Positions 9,017 to 23,309 of a stretch of DNA of 64,000 nucleotides are shown one piece after another. The notes under the pieces were generated by a model. The model was given only the letters and a program-made list of their open reading frames with translations, ran no database searches and had not been told where the DNA came from. The stretch is from Oikopleura dioica (Eukaryota; Animalia; Chordata), in assembly GCA_907165135.1 (NCBI GenBank), contig OU015567.1:14570001-14634000 (forward strand). The letters run 5' to 3'. How positions within the stretch are numbered: position 1 is the stretch's first letter; every line of letters begins with the position of its first letter. The translations under genes and the position numbers were made by a program.

Positions 9017-11410
9017 TTAAAAATTGCCGGTAAATTCTGCGAGCGTGACTCGGACGGATCCATCATCTTCGTAAAGAAAGTCGATGATGAAGGTGTCCTC
9101 GTGGCAATAGTGCTGGATGATGTTGTCGTCCATGTTCACGAGAATTCCGCGTTTTTGCTTTTTATAGACCTGAAAATGAATTGAATGCTTGATAACTCGT
9201 CTCTCCAGCGGAATCTTACTCTTGTGATTTTGTTCGCATCAAACGCGTACTTTTCCGCAATCGCATTCGTCAGGCCTCTGACATTTGGCTGGCGGAGCAT
9301 TAGCGCGTCGAAAATTTCCTCGGTCGATTTTCGAACATACAGGAGTATTTTGGAAGGAGGCTCCTGTCTGGGGCATTTGATTGTTGGCTCATCAGTTTCG
9401 GAATCAGGCTGGTTCAATGACGACGGTGCTGTTTTCGGATTGAAAAAAATTAGATTCTCTTCCTTGATTTCAACAAAGAATTCGAACCCGGTCCTGATGT
9501 GGGCGTAACAGTAATTCCAGAAGAATTAGAGGGAAAATAGAGATTCCGAGAGCTCGGAGGGCGAGTTGCAGCGTTGAGGGTTTCGTTAGAGAAGGAGGCG
9601 AGTTCTGAGAGGGCGCCGAAGATTGAGGACGTGTCCGCTTCGGAAACGGACAGTGAAGAATTTCGTGTTTGGAAAAAGGGCTAAAAATAGGCTCCTTGCG
9701 TCAATAATTGTTCATACCATGGTCTCGACGGCTGAATTACTAATTTCCGGCTGAAAGTAAACCGGATTTATCGAAGTGTCATGCATCGTTCTGTAATAGA
9801 CAATGTCGTGCTTTCTGCCGGTTGACATTATTGAGCCCTTGACATCTTGCGGCTGGAGCATCGTGTATTGTCCTGATTTTTGGCGCTTGCGGAGGGCTTT
9901 GCGTTCTTCGTCGCGGATTTTACGCTCAGCGCCCTTGTCGCAGAAGACTTTAATCTGACAAGCGCCGCGGTGGATCGGCTCGTCCGGTTGGTTCTCGTCG
10001 AAGGTGTCAATTTGGATCAGCAAAGGCATTCCCTTTGCTTCGATTAAAATTCTTTTCTGTGGAAAATATCTTACCTTGATGCCCTTTTGCGCGGAAAAAT
10101 CCGTAGATAAGCAATTTACAGCAATGTAAATTTTTGCGACTGTATTGACATCCCAGACAAACGAAATCGCATTGTGAGAGAACTCGGAGATCTCTCTGAC
10201 CATGGCGGATTCTTTGTAATCAGCAATGTCGATTACCCTCTGCTTTGCAGTATGCTGCCTGAAGAAAACCTTATCAAGGCAACAATTAGATGGTTTACCT
10301 CGAGTGCCAATACTTCCAATGCTTGAGCTGTTCTTCATCTGGTTTTGTCTCTCCAAAGACGACGGAGATGATTGACTTGACTCTTTCGATCCCCATCATC
10401 AGATTCTTTTTCGAACCTTTCAGCGTGATGCAGTAAAAGTGACCTTTATTGATGTAACTCATCGTTGGTTCATCTCGTTTTTGCTTGAGACTCTTTGGAG
10501 CTTCCATCGAGTAATGGAAGTCGTCATCGGGGTTTTCGGAGTTATGAGCAGCAAGATTCGCGAATTCTTCATCTTCCTCAGCGCCAAAGTTGCAAGTGAG
10601 AGGAGATCCTTGTCGATATATTTATTGATTTAATTGACTTTGGCAAACCTTTACTGGTGTCGGAATAGGTTGAGTCCGGGGATCTCCTGCTGATGAAGGT
10701 ATTTGAATTAAAGTTCTCGATCGTAATTGCCTGGCCTGAAATAACTCCAGGTATCTTTCCGACGGAAGTGTTCGAGTCTTCATCGGGCTCGTTTTTAACG
10801 GGAATGGACTGACTCAAAGTGGAAGGCTCAGTCTTGACCAGGGTAATCGAGCGGGTGCTGCTTGAAGATGCATGAAGTTTCACACTTTTTGTTGGGCTAA
10901 AAATAATGAGAAACTTTCTTCTTTATGAAATTTATTTTCAAACCTGGAATTATTCTTATTTAGATTTGAAGCTGGTCCGAGCTTTGTGCGTTTGTCGGGC
11001 GGGACTTTATAATATTCGTAAAGAGTCGCTTTTTAGATTTTATCAAAGATTCTTCTGCAATTACTCAACAATGTCATTTTTTGCTTTGAACAAAATTTCC
11101 TAATGCCCCAGCAGTGTCCTCATCGTTGGCTGCGATAGATAAGCCCATTGAAGGGTTTTCTAAGTAGGATCTCCAAGCCTCGTCTTCTGAGGTGAATTGG
11201 CCGGGCGTCTCGTCTCTCTCATCCTCTTTGTTATCTTCAGGTGGTTCGGCGGTTTTGGACGCGTCTCCACTGAAAAATGCGTCAAGAGCGTTGCGAAATC
11301 GCGCTCAGAGTTTACCTGCTCATCGGGTGCGTCGAGCTGCTCCGGATTCACGTGCTCTGTCGTAAGTGCGCTCTGCTCGAATTCTTGCAGTTCGGGTAGA
11401 GCAGGCCGAA
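9017..11410 (-). CDS. grh: Grainyhead-like (CP2 domain) transcription factor, multi-exon; 5' end approximate
   Basis: [95 protein letters not shown] and [12 protein letters not shown]. Stop at 9017-9019. Confidence 0.93.
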
Positions 11411-12432
11411 CGGGTCAAACAACCTCCACAGGGCGCGCCAGGTGAACGCCGTCTCCTGTACATTCTCTGGGCCAAGTTCGTCGCGGCCGGTCGCGCCCAA
11501 CAGGGCCAAGTCGGGCCGGGCTTTTTATCGCACCGAGAGGGATCAGCCGGGTCATGTCCGACTTCTCGCCGGAGCCCGATCAAATCCGGAATGTCAATGT
11601 CGACGCGACTGGGCCCCGGGGCGATTCGCGATTATACTGAAGTACAGAGAATACCTTCTACTCTACCATCACTTTTCCAAATTGGGATGATTTCAGTCAA
11701 TTTTGAAGTAAACAACGACTCTTTGAAAGAATGCATATGCTTTGCTGGCGCCCTTTTTTATCGTATTTTGGGATAAACATTAAACAAGCGAGAGGTAAAC
11801 TGAGCTTGACTGCAAGGTGAAAGGCTGATTTTGAAATGGATGTTCATGCGGAAATCATACGAAAGCATAAATTGCATACGCTGTATAATATACAGTGTAT
11901 ACTGCTCTACTTTATCCGCCAACTCAAATGCGTATTTTGAACAGCTGATAACTGACCCAATAAGTCAGCTGTTTCAGGTGGCCGTGGTATTTATAAACCG
12001 TGGTATTTATAAAAGAATCTTCGTGACTGTGAAAAATTTTGCAAAAATGAATCGAGAGCCAGTTTACGTTATAAAATTTTGCTTCAACTTGTAGTATTTT
12101 TACAGTGTAGAAAAATACTGTCTACTGAGATTTTATTCTGTTTCTGATTTTAAAATATTTATTCAAGGCACATTATCGAAATAAAATAACAAGGAAGTAA
12201 GGAGCAGATGAGGTAAAACGGATTTTCAGCATTTCGGAAACGTAAGAATTGGCGAGAAAGAGAATGAAGAAATAAATTAATGTTGATTCGAGCGAAGTAT
12301 GGTTTCTGTAGGTCAATTAATGTACACTTTCTTATAGTTACTTTGAAATTGAATTTGAAATTCTACGAAGGTCTTCGGCGCTTTTCTGGCCACGAGCGCG
12401 TACTTTGATAAATAATTGAATTTTAAATGGCG

Positions 12433-15400
12433 TCAAGGGTTCTTTAAAACGCAGCGTCTTTCGTTGATCCACGTCTGTTCGTCGTGGACTTCCCAGAACT
12501 CGTCGTACCGTACGGGCTTGTTGAGGTGCTCTTTGCAGAAGTTGATTGCTAAAAGAGAGCTCAAATCATTTCTTAAAGAAACAGAAGACTTACAAGTCTC
12601 ATCTTGTTGATCGCCGACAAGAGAAATACACGTCAGTAGCGATGCGTTTTCCACTTCAAAATCAGAGTAGTAAAACACTATCAGCAAAACGACTGTCATC
12701 GCTAGCCAGGCAGCAATGGAGGTCAAAGCTTGGAACATCTTTCGTCCTTGGTCGAATTTTCCTAAATTCAAAACATTTACGAGGATGAAAACTCAAGATT
12801 TTTTACCGAAAACAATGTAGGGCAAAAGAGCAAAGGACAGAAGAATGCCGGAAATGAAGCCAAAGATATGAGCGTAGTTGTCAACCCACGGCAAGAGTCC
12901 GAATAAAAACAGGAAAATTGCGATAACGGCGAGTTTCAAAACTGCATGCTAAATCAACAGCTGATTACTCAAGTCAATAAATTGAAACGCATACCCAGGG
13001 TTGATCCAAGAGCTGCCAGCTTTGGATGAACTCGACAAAGAGGCACGCAATAAGTCCATATTGCGCGCCACTTGGTCCAACATCAGGTTTGTAGGGAACG
13101 AAAATCGCAGACGCAAGATTTCCAACCATGCCAGAGAGAATGTAAATCAACGCTATTCTCCACCAGCCTGCTAGTTTTTCCAAATCTCGTAGCACCACCA
13201 TCTGAAAAACGTCTCTAAAATCGACTTCAAAGAATATTCTTACCTGGAAGAAGAGAGTTATGCAAAGATGAAGAATTCCAGCGTGGATGAAAAGTGACAA
13301 ATGAAGTCGATAAATTTGATCGGGAACGAAGGGAGTCAGGAAAGGAATCAGCCCACATGTGTCCTTCAAACAATCGACTTGGGAACATAAAAATGCATCC
13401 CCATGCCATTTTCCCTACGAGAATTAATAATGCCGAAAGAATAACTCCTCTCACCTCCATTGTATCGCAGTATTCTTTCGACACAATCTTGCATTGTCCT
13501 TCAGTACCAATGCAACAGGGTCTAGCGTTGACATTACAGGTCATCCATGGTGGAGCGTCGCGGCTATTTTTCCTTCCGATTTCGAGCATTTTCTCGGGCG
13601 AGGCGGAGCATTTCGGCCAGCGAGTGATATCATCCGGAGTGCCGCTTCTCCATTTTGGTGTGTGTCTCCGGGAAAAGCTTTCGTTTTTGTCTTTTTCGAA
13701 TTCCAGGTTGAACAGAACTTCGGTATGGGTTTCGTCGCTATAAGTTTTATGAAATTGAATCTCCTTTTTAGAGAACTTACCAGAAAAATGGGTCAAGTCC
13801 ACAAACAGAGCCGGTTTTGAATTCCTGATAAGCCGAGTGCCAGTTGTTGTTACCCCCGGTCGAGCCCATCCAAGTAGAATCATTCAACGTCATGAACTGG
13901 TACATGTGGTGGTCGCATTCGGCTTTCGAGGCTTGAATACATTTGTTTCCATATTTGCAACAAGCAGTTTGTTGTTCTTTCTGCTGCTCGCAACCGATGA
14001 TGTCCATGATTTTCCGATCCCTTCTCATACAAGGTGCATATTTTGCGCCTAACAAAAAGTTATCAAAAATGTTAGATAAATTTAAACCTAGTCTGATGAG
14101 ATCTGCGAATTTAGGTCCAAAGTAGAAGTTTCGTTTTTTAACAAGTTTGATATTTTTCGGCGAAAATTGATACTCGACTGTCTCTTGAGCATGTTCATCT
14201 TCTAAACCGAAACTCGCCACGCCAAAAGATGCGATTCCCACAAGTAGAACCATAACCTGCACACTTGAGACGTACCAAGTAAAGAACGGCCTACAAATAG
14301 AAATTATAAGAAGCCATTTTCAGACGAAAAAACCTGTGGTCCTGCCACTCATCGAGTTGTTGCTTCACTTGGCTGTCGACTCTTGACTTTCTCGCTCTAC
14401 CCATGCATCTCGAAACAAATCCCAAGCCTGGATATCTCTTATCCCTTCTCGAGAAAACTTGCGACATTAATCTCTTCATCTTTGGCTTCGGCTGGTCTGT
14501 ATGAGGATGAGGCGAGACAGGCAGTGGCTCGTTTACTTGAATTGAAACTTTTCGACCTAGTTGTTCTTTTTTCATTCCGGAGAGTTCGCCTAAAGTTGGC
14601 CTGCGCATACTCTGTCGGGTTGGCTGCACGACGGGGTCGGGATGATCGAGAAGAGTGTCTGCAACTTGGTCATCTTCCTCATCCAAGTCGTCCTCATCAT
14701 CAAGCTCTCGTGAATCGGGTTCTGGTTGCTCTGAGATCGTTCCTTCTCCGGGGCCGAAACTCAATCCCATTCCATCGTCTCTGTGGTCGATCGTCCCCTC
14801 CGATGGTCGGAAAACATCATGATCTTCATCCTCGTCGTCCGGTTGTGGAATGAGCTGTTTTATAACTGAGACGCCAGAAATCGTCGCCTTCAGCGCTTTC
14901 CAACCGATGGCAGCAACAGATTCCTTTCCATAGGGTTGGTTCATTGCGCTAAAAACATGGTAAAATGAGAATCCGAAGCATTTGGAATCTTAATTAGTCA
15001 TGGAATGAAATCAAGCAGTTAAAATTTTAGCGAGAGCTCGAATGATTCAATTACTTCATGCTTGCGTCTGAAAAAAAAAACTGAGTTCCGTGGTCATGCA
15101 AGGTCAAGGTGAAAACGTTCTTTATTTTTTATATTACCCAGCGGCGGATATTTCCGATTGACCGGATTGCCGAATTGGCGGTCTCATAAACAGGCCTGAC
15201 TGGCCGAGAGTATCATTGCGATAGAATTTACTGAAAAGGCCTTTCAGTAAAACGTCGACAAAGTTAGAAGTTTTAACTTAGAACACCAGTTCAAGTAAAA
15301 GGGAGGGAAAATACCTGGCCGTTGTATGAGTGGTGGTCTGGCGGTTGAAAGGAACGGAGATGGAGTCAGCATGAGTCCTGCCGCTTGGAAGAGTGTCTGG

Positions 15401-16368
15401 CTCAAGTTGGCTCGGGTCGCGGAAGGTTGGGCCGCGAGAAGAAGGATCATGCTGAGGTGGGTAGTACTGATCAGTACTCGGGCCTCCTAGCAGTAAATTC
15501 GGCTATTCGTTAATGATTGACGGCGACTCACCTCTGAACTCGTCAAGTCGTTCTTTCTTGACGGGACCTAGGAGCGCTCCAATGAGCCGTCCGCGTGTTT
15601 GCATACGCTTGAGCGTCAACTGTCGAAACTTGTCTTCCACATTTTCGCCTTCGACCGTAGAGTCGTGGATCAGAACTTCTGTTTTCCGGCGCATGAGCGC
15701 TTTCGTTTGCTGCAAATGTAAAGTTATCGTTTGTCTCCTATGCTACCCGGTCAACAACTGCTTTACGTCAGAATTAAGTGCTTTCATTAAAAACTAAAAT
15801 GGACCGTAACTTTCTGCTAATTGACTGTTCCACCCATCGGGAAACAACGAGAGGCGCTTAGAGCTAAAACGCCCGGCGCAGTTTACGGATGAACTGGTCG
15901 ACGTTCTATCCGAGCTTTTGATGCGATTTTAAAGCCAAAGACTAAAGAGAGATATCTTGAGCAAAGAGAAAAATCGAGCCTTGATGTGGTACTTCGCCAA
16001 TGATTGACGAAGCCACGGAGCGAACTTGAATAGCGAGTTGATGCTCTGAGAATTCAAGTTCAGGAAAATACTTTTGGAAAGAAAATGGATTTTTATCAGC
16101 AAGATTGCTTGGATATTTCTAGTAAAATAATCGATTCGAACTTATTCCTTGAAGTTCTAGCTGAATTCGAGTGCCCATCAGCCTCCGGAACATCATCTCT
16201 TATCAGTTTTCTGGAGTGATAGCCGGACAAAATAGGCGCCCGCTTGACCGTGGCATGTCGCCTGTAGGGAACAGGAGAGAACTCCTTGTCCTCTTCTATG
16301 ATTTCATCCTGGACGCTCTGGGACAAGGAAATTTCTCTTTCGGGCTTTTCTTGTCCACTCGTGTTCAT
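12433..16368 (-). CDS. RHBDF: Inactive rhomboid (iRhom/RHBDF), multi-exon; start approximate
   Basis: Long cytosolic N-terminus, Cys-rich iRhom homology domain ([10 protein letters not shown]; [11 protein letters not shown]), [33 protein letters not shown] and PWVDNYAH. Confidence 0.9.
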
Positions 16369-17194
16369 TTTGGTGAAAATAGGTTTCAAGTGACTGAGAA
16401 GACAAATATGGGGATGGCGTTGGGCGGGTGTGTCGATAAAGCACACAGTCGATTACCAAGCTACTGTAATCACATTGAACGTTTCAGCGACAGATCTGCA
16501 TATTTTATCGCAAACTATGGCGCATCGAAATGCTAATGCACCATAGGCTATGGTCCATAGCCAATATCCCAATCACTTATTTACGAGAGACAAAATATAA
16601 GAAAAGTGAACCAGAAGCCATGATAGTGCTTATCGTAATTACAAAAACTGAACACCGGCCTGAGATAGTCTCCATTATAGAGATAGCTTCTTTTATTCTC
16701 TCTGACATTCTTTTTTCTTTTATTTTTTTGTCTAGTAGAAAATATATTCTCTCCCCAATCGTTAATTTTCAATATAAATAATTGAAAAATCCGCAAAGTA
16801 GGGATTAAGACATTCGCTTTTCCGAGCACCGAATTGACAACGGCGCAAAATACTGCGGCAAGAGCGATCCTTATGCACTGCGGCAAGGAGCAGTATTGTA
16901 TTTAATTTTAACGGGAAATATGTAGCAATATACTGAACTGACAAGGCGAAAGAGGACAAATTATGTTGAGATTATAATAAATTCCTAAAGAGGCCCTGTT
17001 AGAGATTGACAGAAGCGCGAATGAAAGTCGATGAAGAAGAATAAGGGTCAGGAGGTACCGTTACTAACAAAATATAAAGTGCTCGTAAGACTCTTATACT
17101 GGTATGTCTTAGAGATGGACAATCTTTAGAGCCTTAGATTCGAGCCACGGTTGAGACTGAGAACTCTAAAGGGGGTCCGAGGGGAAGCCTCGTG

Positions 17195-17260
17195 GTTTAG
17201 GGCTTCGATGGGGGTCCCGGGGTTAGGGTTAGTTCCCTGGGTTAGCTTTAGGGTTAGGGG
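17195..17260 (+). repeat. Short degenerate TTAGGG cluster
   Basis: tttaggg...ggttagggttag...gggttagctttagggttagggg. Confidence 0.4.
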
Positions 17261-17932
17261 CAGCTCGAAGGATAACCCCAACTACCAAATAAGTCTAGGA
17301 CTTTTGTTGACAATAGGATTATAAACATTAAGCGTTGACACCAATACAAAGGATATCTCAGTATTTTTTCTTTACCTGAGCAAAGGATAGATTCTGCTTC
17401 ATGGCACCAACTGCCTGAATCTTGCGCGCGGTTTGTTGCCATCGCACATTCGCCTTTCTCTCTGCCATTTTTCGGCAATTTTACGAATGGGATTTTTTTC
17501 AAAGTTGATTTTCGCCTCTTTACAACAATTATTCTTTTTTTACGACTCCTCTCTTGTCAGCGATTCCTCTGCGGGCTCCCAAAGAGCGCCCAACTATTTT
17601 TTTATCCGCTACTATTAACAAAACTTATCCCCAGCAATTACAAGGGATAAAGGTAGGTAGGGATAAACGCAAAAAGATACAGGCCACTTTATTTCGCGTC
17701 GCCTTGAAGAGCGGGTAATTTTTGCGCAAATACGAGTCCCTAAATCACTGTTGCTCTGTTATAAAAAGAAGCGCTTGCAAGAAGTTAATTGTTAACGCTG
17801 TGCGAGAATTAATAATTTCGCGTTATCTGTAAATCTGCTACGGAACGTATGCAATCACGACCGCATTATTAATATTTAAAGTGTGATGGATAGAGAACGA
17901 ATAAAAACCGAACTTTAATGGCTCAGGTAAAA

Positions 17933-18026
17933 ATGAGCTCGGCAACCTGAGAAGAAAACCTGACTCAGGAGCTGAATGAGCTCTTCAGATCCTGGCTCAG
18001 GTTTTTACACAGGTTGCAGAGCTCAG
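17933..18026. mobile_element. Palindromic MITE family A, short copy
   Basis: gagctcggcaacctg...caggttgcagagctc inverted ends. Confidence 0.75.
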
Positions 18027-21000
18027 GTAAAAATGGTGGTAAGATTTTCTATGTAAAAAAATATTGGTCGAATACTATCTCAATTTTAGACAGGAGCCGT
18101 ATCTTTTGAATGTCGTAAAAAAGGCAGGGGTTGAAAATTGGTATCCCAAGCAGAATAAAAAATAAAGTCGAATGCGCTAGTGAATGACAACGACACTGGA
18201 TCGGCTTAACTCATCGACTATCTGATCCTCTTTAGAGTCAGGGAAAGACGGAGGCTCTCTCAATCTGTCTCTACTCCTCTTTTGAAAAAAAAAGAGAGAC
18301 ACTCGCAAAAAGTTATAGCTGCTCCCGGCTTTTCATACAGAGAAGATTAGACTCCGGCAGGGGAACAATGAAAGGTCGACGGATTAGATTAGTGGATCGC
18401 CCAAGCTGGGTCTTTGGTTTTGATAAATGAAAAAAAGAATCTTCGATGCTCATTACAAAACCCACAATTACCAAGACTTACCATAAGGGGCGTACTCATC
18501 GCGGACTCGCTCGGAAACTCGAAAACCCTCGGTAGCCCCAGAAAATTCCTATTTTCTTCTAATCTACTCAAAGTAGGAGAAGGATGAGGAAAACTCGCAG
18601 TGTAATCGAGAAGCTTTTTACGGGGCAATTGCTCCGATTTGGAACCCCTTCGATTTCTTCCGCCATATTTGAAATTCGGCTCTACACTTTTTACTCTTGA
18701 AAGTGAACTTTTCATTATTTTTTTCTTTTTCGAAAATGATTTTGAAGAAGGCCAAGTAATGAAGGGAAATATGATGGGTAGGTGGAATAATGAAAGCACT
18801 GGGCAAAGTGGTAATCGATACTCTCTTGAGAAAAAAAAAATCTTTCTTACCTGAACAGTCCTGGAAAGGGTAGATTCCTGGCGCTTGAAAGGAGGAGGAG
18901 CACGATTTACAGAATGCGAGCCGGTAAGAATAGGCTTAGATGATGACTCTGAAATTTATAAATTATGATTTCATTAAAAATTAAAAACCAGCTGTTGAAA
19001 CTTTTTACAAATGAGGCTACTGATACTGAGCTTGCGATGTGAACTCCTTTTACTAGGTTCTGATCATTTTACGACACTGCATTTATGATAAAGAATGAGT
19101 TCTTACCGAGAAGATCGGAATGTATTCGCTGCTTGGTGCCCATAGATGAGAGACTTTGTCTCTTGAAGAGCGGCTTCGACATGCCACTTTTTCCGACATT
19201 GAGAGACACTTCAGTTTGGTATTTCTAGGATCTGAGATTATTTACAGTCATTACTAGTGGGCAACCTCGTGGCTGACATTATGAGAGTGTTGGTAAGAAA
19301 TGACTCTGTAACTGTCCCGGCGACGGGCGAGATAGCTCTCGGGCCTGATTTCTTTCTGCTTCGGTGGTTCCTTTTTATCTTTTTTGGGGTCAAAAATGAA
19401 AATCGCTGTAATGGCTGTCAAGGGCAGCTGAATGTATATTTGTACCCGTGTCAAAACTGGCTTGTGGAGTGTCAGAGATATGGGCATCTTGCCGAGATAA
19501 GCGACGCTTCTTGGCGGGAGATGACAATTTACGGTTTATTTTTCGGTACATAACACGTCGCTCAAAAAATACTCTCTTGTATCAACAAAACTTGGACAAT
19601 GATTGAGTATCCATCCGTTAGACTTGAGTTCTGCCTCGGGAAATGATTTAGATGAGTGTTTGGATTTCTAATTATTAATCGGATAAATAATCCATTCGAT
19701 CCAAGATCACGGGCTATCGATGATTGAAAACTTAATCTAAATTTACCAGAGAAAAGAAAAAAATAATCAGTTTCTTAAAATTTCTTCATAGAAAACGATC
19801 AATTGATCAACTTTTTTAAAGAAATTATTTGTCAAAAAGAGCACCTTTTGCCTTTAAAATTTGATACTTTCTATCGGAAGCTTGAGCCAGGGAATTAGCC
19901 CGTGTGTTTCGGATAGTACTGTTTTTCTTCCTCGAAAATTCTAGAGGATCGACTGAATCAATCTCTGAAGACCACCGGGTCAAAATAACTTGATAGGACC
20001 TTCGTCGATTTATCATTTCAAAAAAGAGGGTATTTCTGAAAGGCACTTTCTGAAAGTAACTCGACCGTTCTATTCAAGTAACAGACGACCCGGTGAAATT
20101 TGATATGCAAGATCCGCTTATTTTGGCATCTTGACGTAAGAGTAACTTGGCCATCAATTTTCATTTTCCATTTAATAATTTCTGTCAACTCAGCTTGAGA
20201 ATTCCTTGTAGCGGAGGTTCTGCCATTTCTCTATTGTTTGATCAAGTTGAGGCTGACCTCAATCAAAAATACTCATCCCAGCTCCCAGGCTAGTCACAAT
20301 AAAGTTCTTATTAACCAATATTCTCTCTCAAATCGCTAAGAGTAGCTGGTCGTAGCGTTTTGCGGCCGTAATGGTTCCCTTTTCAGGGGGAAATTCGAGT
20401 TCAAATATTGTAAATTATCTCGAGCCCTTTGTGCCAGATAATAGTATCATATTTAGACAATATGGCGGACGGTAGAAATAATTGTTAATTTTTTTTTGTC
20501 GCTTTTCTCTTTTCTCAAGAAATAGGCGAAATCCAGATGGGAAACAGTGGTCGCCTGATTAATTTAGTAGAAAAGTACTTTGGCGCAAACTCGCGATGAA
20601 TTAGGCAACTAAACTGAAACGATAGATGTTGCTTTTGAAGAGAAAATGGCGAAGGTGGAAATTGGGAGAGGATAAAAATTGTACTGATCTGAAATTTATG
20701 AGGTTTTTGATTGACGCTGTTTGATTAAAAAACATGTCTGAAAGCGCGATAATTATATATTTTAGCGAAGAAAGCTCTTATGTTTAATAAATTGGATAAT
20801 TAAAAAGCTGTTATAAAGGAAAAAAGCACAATTTCAAAGCCCATTTTCGGTTAATTTAGCTTACTATTCTGAGTTGGCTTTAAATAATATTTATGCCAGA
20901 AATATTTCGAAAAAATCTTGAAGAATTAGCAAAAACTTTCAACTTTTCTGCCTTATTTGACCGAAAGTAGAGTGAAAATCGCAGATCTTACTGCATTTAC

Positions 21001-21678
21001 AGTGAAAAAATGCTCGAAAGGAAATTCCGTTGAACCATGAAATAAATACTTCCATGGAAAAAGATTCCTAGTAGTGAAAAGGCTTCCCATTGTCTATTTT
21101 TTCTTGAACATATATCAAGGAACATTTTAAAATGAACTACTGTAACAGTACTATGTCTATTGAGTAGCACCTGGTCCCCAGAAGAAAGAAAGTTTAAATA
21201 TTCAAGATCGAAAAGAGAAGTATCACGGACCACTTCGAATAATTATCCAGATTTGGCCAGTATGCTAAAAGGTTCTTTGCCACGTGTTCAAAGACAAATT
21301 GCAGTCATTTTCGCACCAACTTTCTCACTTTCATAATTCAAAGAATCATCAATTGAACGAACTGACCTTGAAGTTCTGTAGATTCGGCTTCTTACTCGGC
21401 TGATTACTGCTCATTATCTTCTATTATTAACTTCTTTCAGTCTTCTATCTCTTTCTTTCTTTTTCGTTTCTAAAAGTATATATTCAGAAACATTGTATAT
21501 TTGCTTAGAAAAGTTATAAAAGCGAAAGTGCCCAACTAGTAGTATCGGGGAAGGGTGGTATTGGCAGACGGTAATTATCTCCACTTTGGGTTATAAAAAC
21601 AGCAGCCCAGTTAGATAATTAGGCCCAATCTTTTCTGTTCTTGAACTAGCAATCAATCATCTTCATAAGACTTGTAGC

Positions 21679-21804
21679 CTGAGCTCGGCAACCTGTGTAG
21701 AAAACCTGAGTAAGGGTCAGAAAGAAAATTGATTGGATAGGTAATTTCGCGAAGCCGCTATCAGACCCTGACTCAGGTTTTTCTACACAGGTCGGCGAGC
21801 CCTG
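21679..21804. mobile_element. MITE family A copy
   Basis: ctgagctcggcaacctgtgtagaaaacctgag...ctcaggtttttctacacaggtcggcgagccc. Confidence 0.8.
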
Positions 21805-22166
21805 CTCGTAGCGATTCTTTCATGTCAGGAGTTCTCTTTTACAATTAGAATTACAATTTATAAAGAAGAAAATTAAAACTGGATTTTGGAATTTGGCGCT
21901 GAGCAAATTCTCTCGTGGAAAAAGCAAAAAAACGCGCTTCCGGACAGAAAAGAAGCGTCATTTTTTTTATTTTATTTGAGGTGACGGCTTATATAAGCCT
22001 TTCTTCGAAGAAAATGGGCAAGAACATTATAGCGTGAATAAATGAATAATAAAAGCGAAAACCGCGAATTCAGGGACTCTTGAAATTGAGGCATTCTTCA
22101 GCCTTTCCAAAATCTCCTTATTCAAATATGCTCTTGACTTTCCACAGTTTATTTAAATTTAAATTA

Positions 22167-22390
22167 GGGGTCACCTTTCTAACTGGCAAATACTTCTGGG
22201 ATGTCTTCATGATAACTGATTCTATATTCAACAAATGGGTCCCCATTTTAACGGATTTTCTAATTTTGTTACTTTTGTACATAACGTTCTTTGGGCTAGA
22301 GAATCCGTTAAAATGGGGGCCTTTTGAGGGATATAGAATCAGTTATCATGAAAACATTACAGAAGTATTTGCCTGTTTAATTGCTGACCC
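22167..22390. repeat. Foldback/MITE-like inverted repeat (~77-bp arms, ~44-nt loop)
   Basis: 22181-22257 is an imperfect reverse complement of 22302-22377. Outer ends are GGGTCA/TGACCC. Confidence 0.75.
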
Positions 22391-23116
22391 TAACTTTATA
22401 ATTTAAAAAACTCACAACTGAGCTATTTTTAATGAATTAACATTTACCTATTTTGTACTTTTCGGTCAGTAAAACCTATTCTTCTTGAATTTTCTCTGTA
22501 TTCTTGCCTTCTTCATGTTCCGTGATAAGAATTTTTCAGGCCGAGTTCTTTAGCTTCGGGGTGATTCATAATTTTCTCCTCGAGCGGCCAATCCCAAATT
22601 TGCAAAAATCACTTCTGCCTCCCAAAAAATAAGAGAAAAGGCCTAGTCATAAATTCTGTTAATTAATTTTTACTTATTTACTCAACAAAGAAAACTATTA
22701 AGGGTATCTGACAGGTGTCTGTCAGTAAGAAAATAACTTGTCGAAAATCACCATTTCCTTATTTCAGAATGGATTCTCTGAACAATCGTTCACTTTCGAC
22801 AGATTGCGCTCAAAGCCAAAGTTCTGCTGCTTTCTCTAAAGCTTCTGAAGCCACCAGAAGTTTTCACATTCAAAATCGCTCGCCCGAACAGGTAAATTCG
22901 AAGATTACCGACTCTCAATTCTCTCTCTGAAAGACAAGTCTGAATACAAGTGCAGAATTGAGAGAAAGAACTGAACAATGAGGAATGCATTTTTCTTAGA
23001 TTAATTTTAAACGAACTAGGTATTACAAGATGAACCTCGGCCCAATTGGACAGAACTGATCCGATTTTATGTGGGTCATTTTTAATGAACGAACTTAAAA
23101 AAAGAAGCAACACAAA

Positions 23117-23309
23117 CTGGTGTTGGTAACCTGTGTCCAAAACCTCAGTCAGGGCCTGAGAGTGCTTTAATGAAATGCTGCGTAGCGGCTTTTCTAAAAG
23201 AGAAGCCGCAAAGCGCATTGCGGCTACATCAAAAAAGCCGCTACGCAGCTTTTCATTCAAGCTCTTTAAGGCCATGACTCAGGCTTTGGACACAGGTTTC
23301 CGAGCCCAG
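23117..23309. mobile_element. MITE family A copy
   Basis: aacctgtgtccaaaacctcagtcagg...ctcaggctttggacacaggtttccgagcccag, with internal aagccgc/gcggct hairpins. Confidence 0.8.

Noticed and set aside
17300-22100. Scattered short ORFs in the long AT-rich intergenic region
   Set aside because: No recognisable domains or consistent exon chains could be built by eye.
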